64,000 nt of DNA from Octopus vulgaris (taxonomy: Eukaryota): the NCBI GenBank assembly GCA_951406725.2, contig OX597840.1, positions 25,544,001 through 25,608,000 of the forward strand, given 5' to 3'. Below the pieces are notes generated by a model. That model was not told where the DNA came from. It worked only from the letters and a program-made list of their open reading frames with translations, and ran no database searches. Below, piece after piece: positions 63,826 through 64,000 of this stretch. Both the position numbers and the translations under genes were made by a program. Numbering within the stretch: the first letter of the stretch is position 1; each line of letters begins with the position of its first letter.

Positions 63826-64000
63826 ACTTATATGTGTGTGTGTATGTATGTATATGTGCGTGTGTGCATGTATATATATGTGTGTGTGTGTGTATATATG
63901 TGTGTGTGTATGTATATATATATATATATATGTTATTATTTATTTATGTAAAGGTTTATTATATACATATATATATATATATATGTGTGTGTGTGTATAT
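53988..64000. repeat. Tandem array, ~1.33-kb unit (starts near 53990, 56855, 58210, 59549, 60876, 62202, 63526), each with two ~190-bp direct sub-repeats around a TA/TG microsatellite
   Basis: Marker CCTGTGTCATCmATGTTTTTAA recurs with 1324-1355 bp period; first unit interrupted by the LINE. Confidence 0.95.
54661..56187 (+). mobile_element. Internally deleted LINE of the same family: 5' tandem repeats, disrupted ORF1, ORF2 start fused to ORF2 end
   Basis: LLNIRGL endonuclease start joined at ~55855 to RCRTRFCDSLGFRGPQLFN; tail nearly identical to 52012-52340. Confidence 0.85.

Noticed and set aside
1-64000. CRISPR array or prokaryotic operon
   Set aside because: No repeat-unique spacer pattern; sequence is clearly eukaryotic

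Overview
Repeat-saturated, AT-rich eukaryotic DNA. The tRNA-derived SINE families, microsatellite load and tandem C2H2 gene suggest an Octopus genome (inference). Host content is sparse: a 15-finger C2H2 zinc-finger ORF (2415-3692) and a small secreted chitin-binding gene reconstructed from minus-strand exons (17986-18022, 14178-14399). The rest is SINEs, LINE fragments, Helitron pieces, MITEs, a 21-kb nest of two compact (~4.2 kb) Ty3/Gypsy families (28461-49061), several fold-back palindromes and a ~1.33-kb tandem array to the window end. Top finding: both Gypsy families have dissimilar LTRs yet share an atypical primer-binding site, AGCTATTTCGGC(A), exactly complementary to nt 1-12 (5' end) of tRNA-Phe rather than a tRNA 3'-CCA end, suggesting priming by a 5' tRNA fragment. 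Also notable: ~0.85-kb spacerless Gypsy hairpins with a flipped centre, SINE multimers with a fixed re-entry point, and minimal hammerhead-like motifs. Coordinates were read by eye; repeat edges may be off by a few bases.
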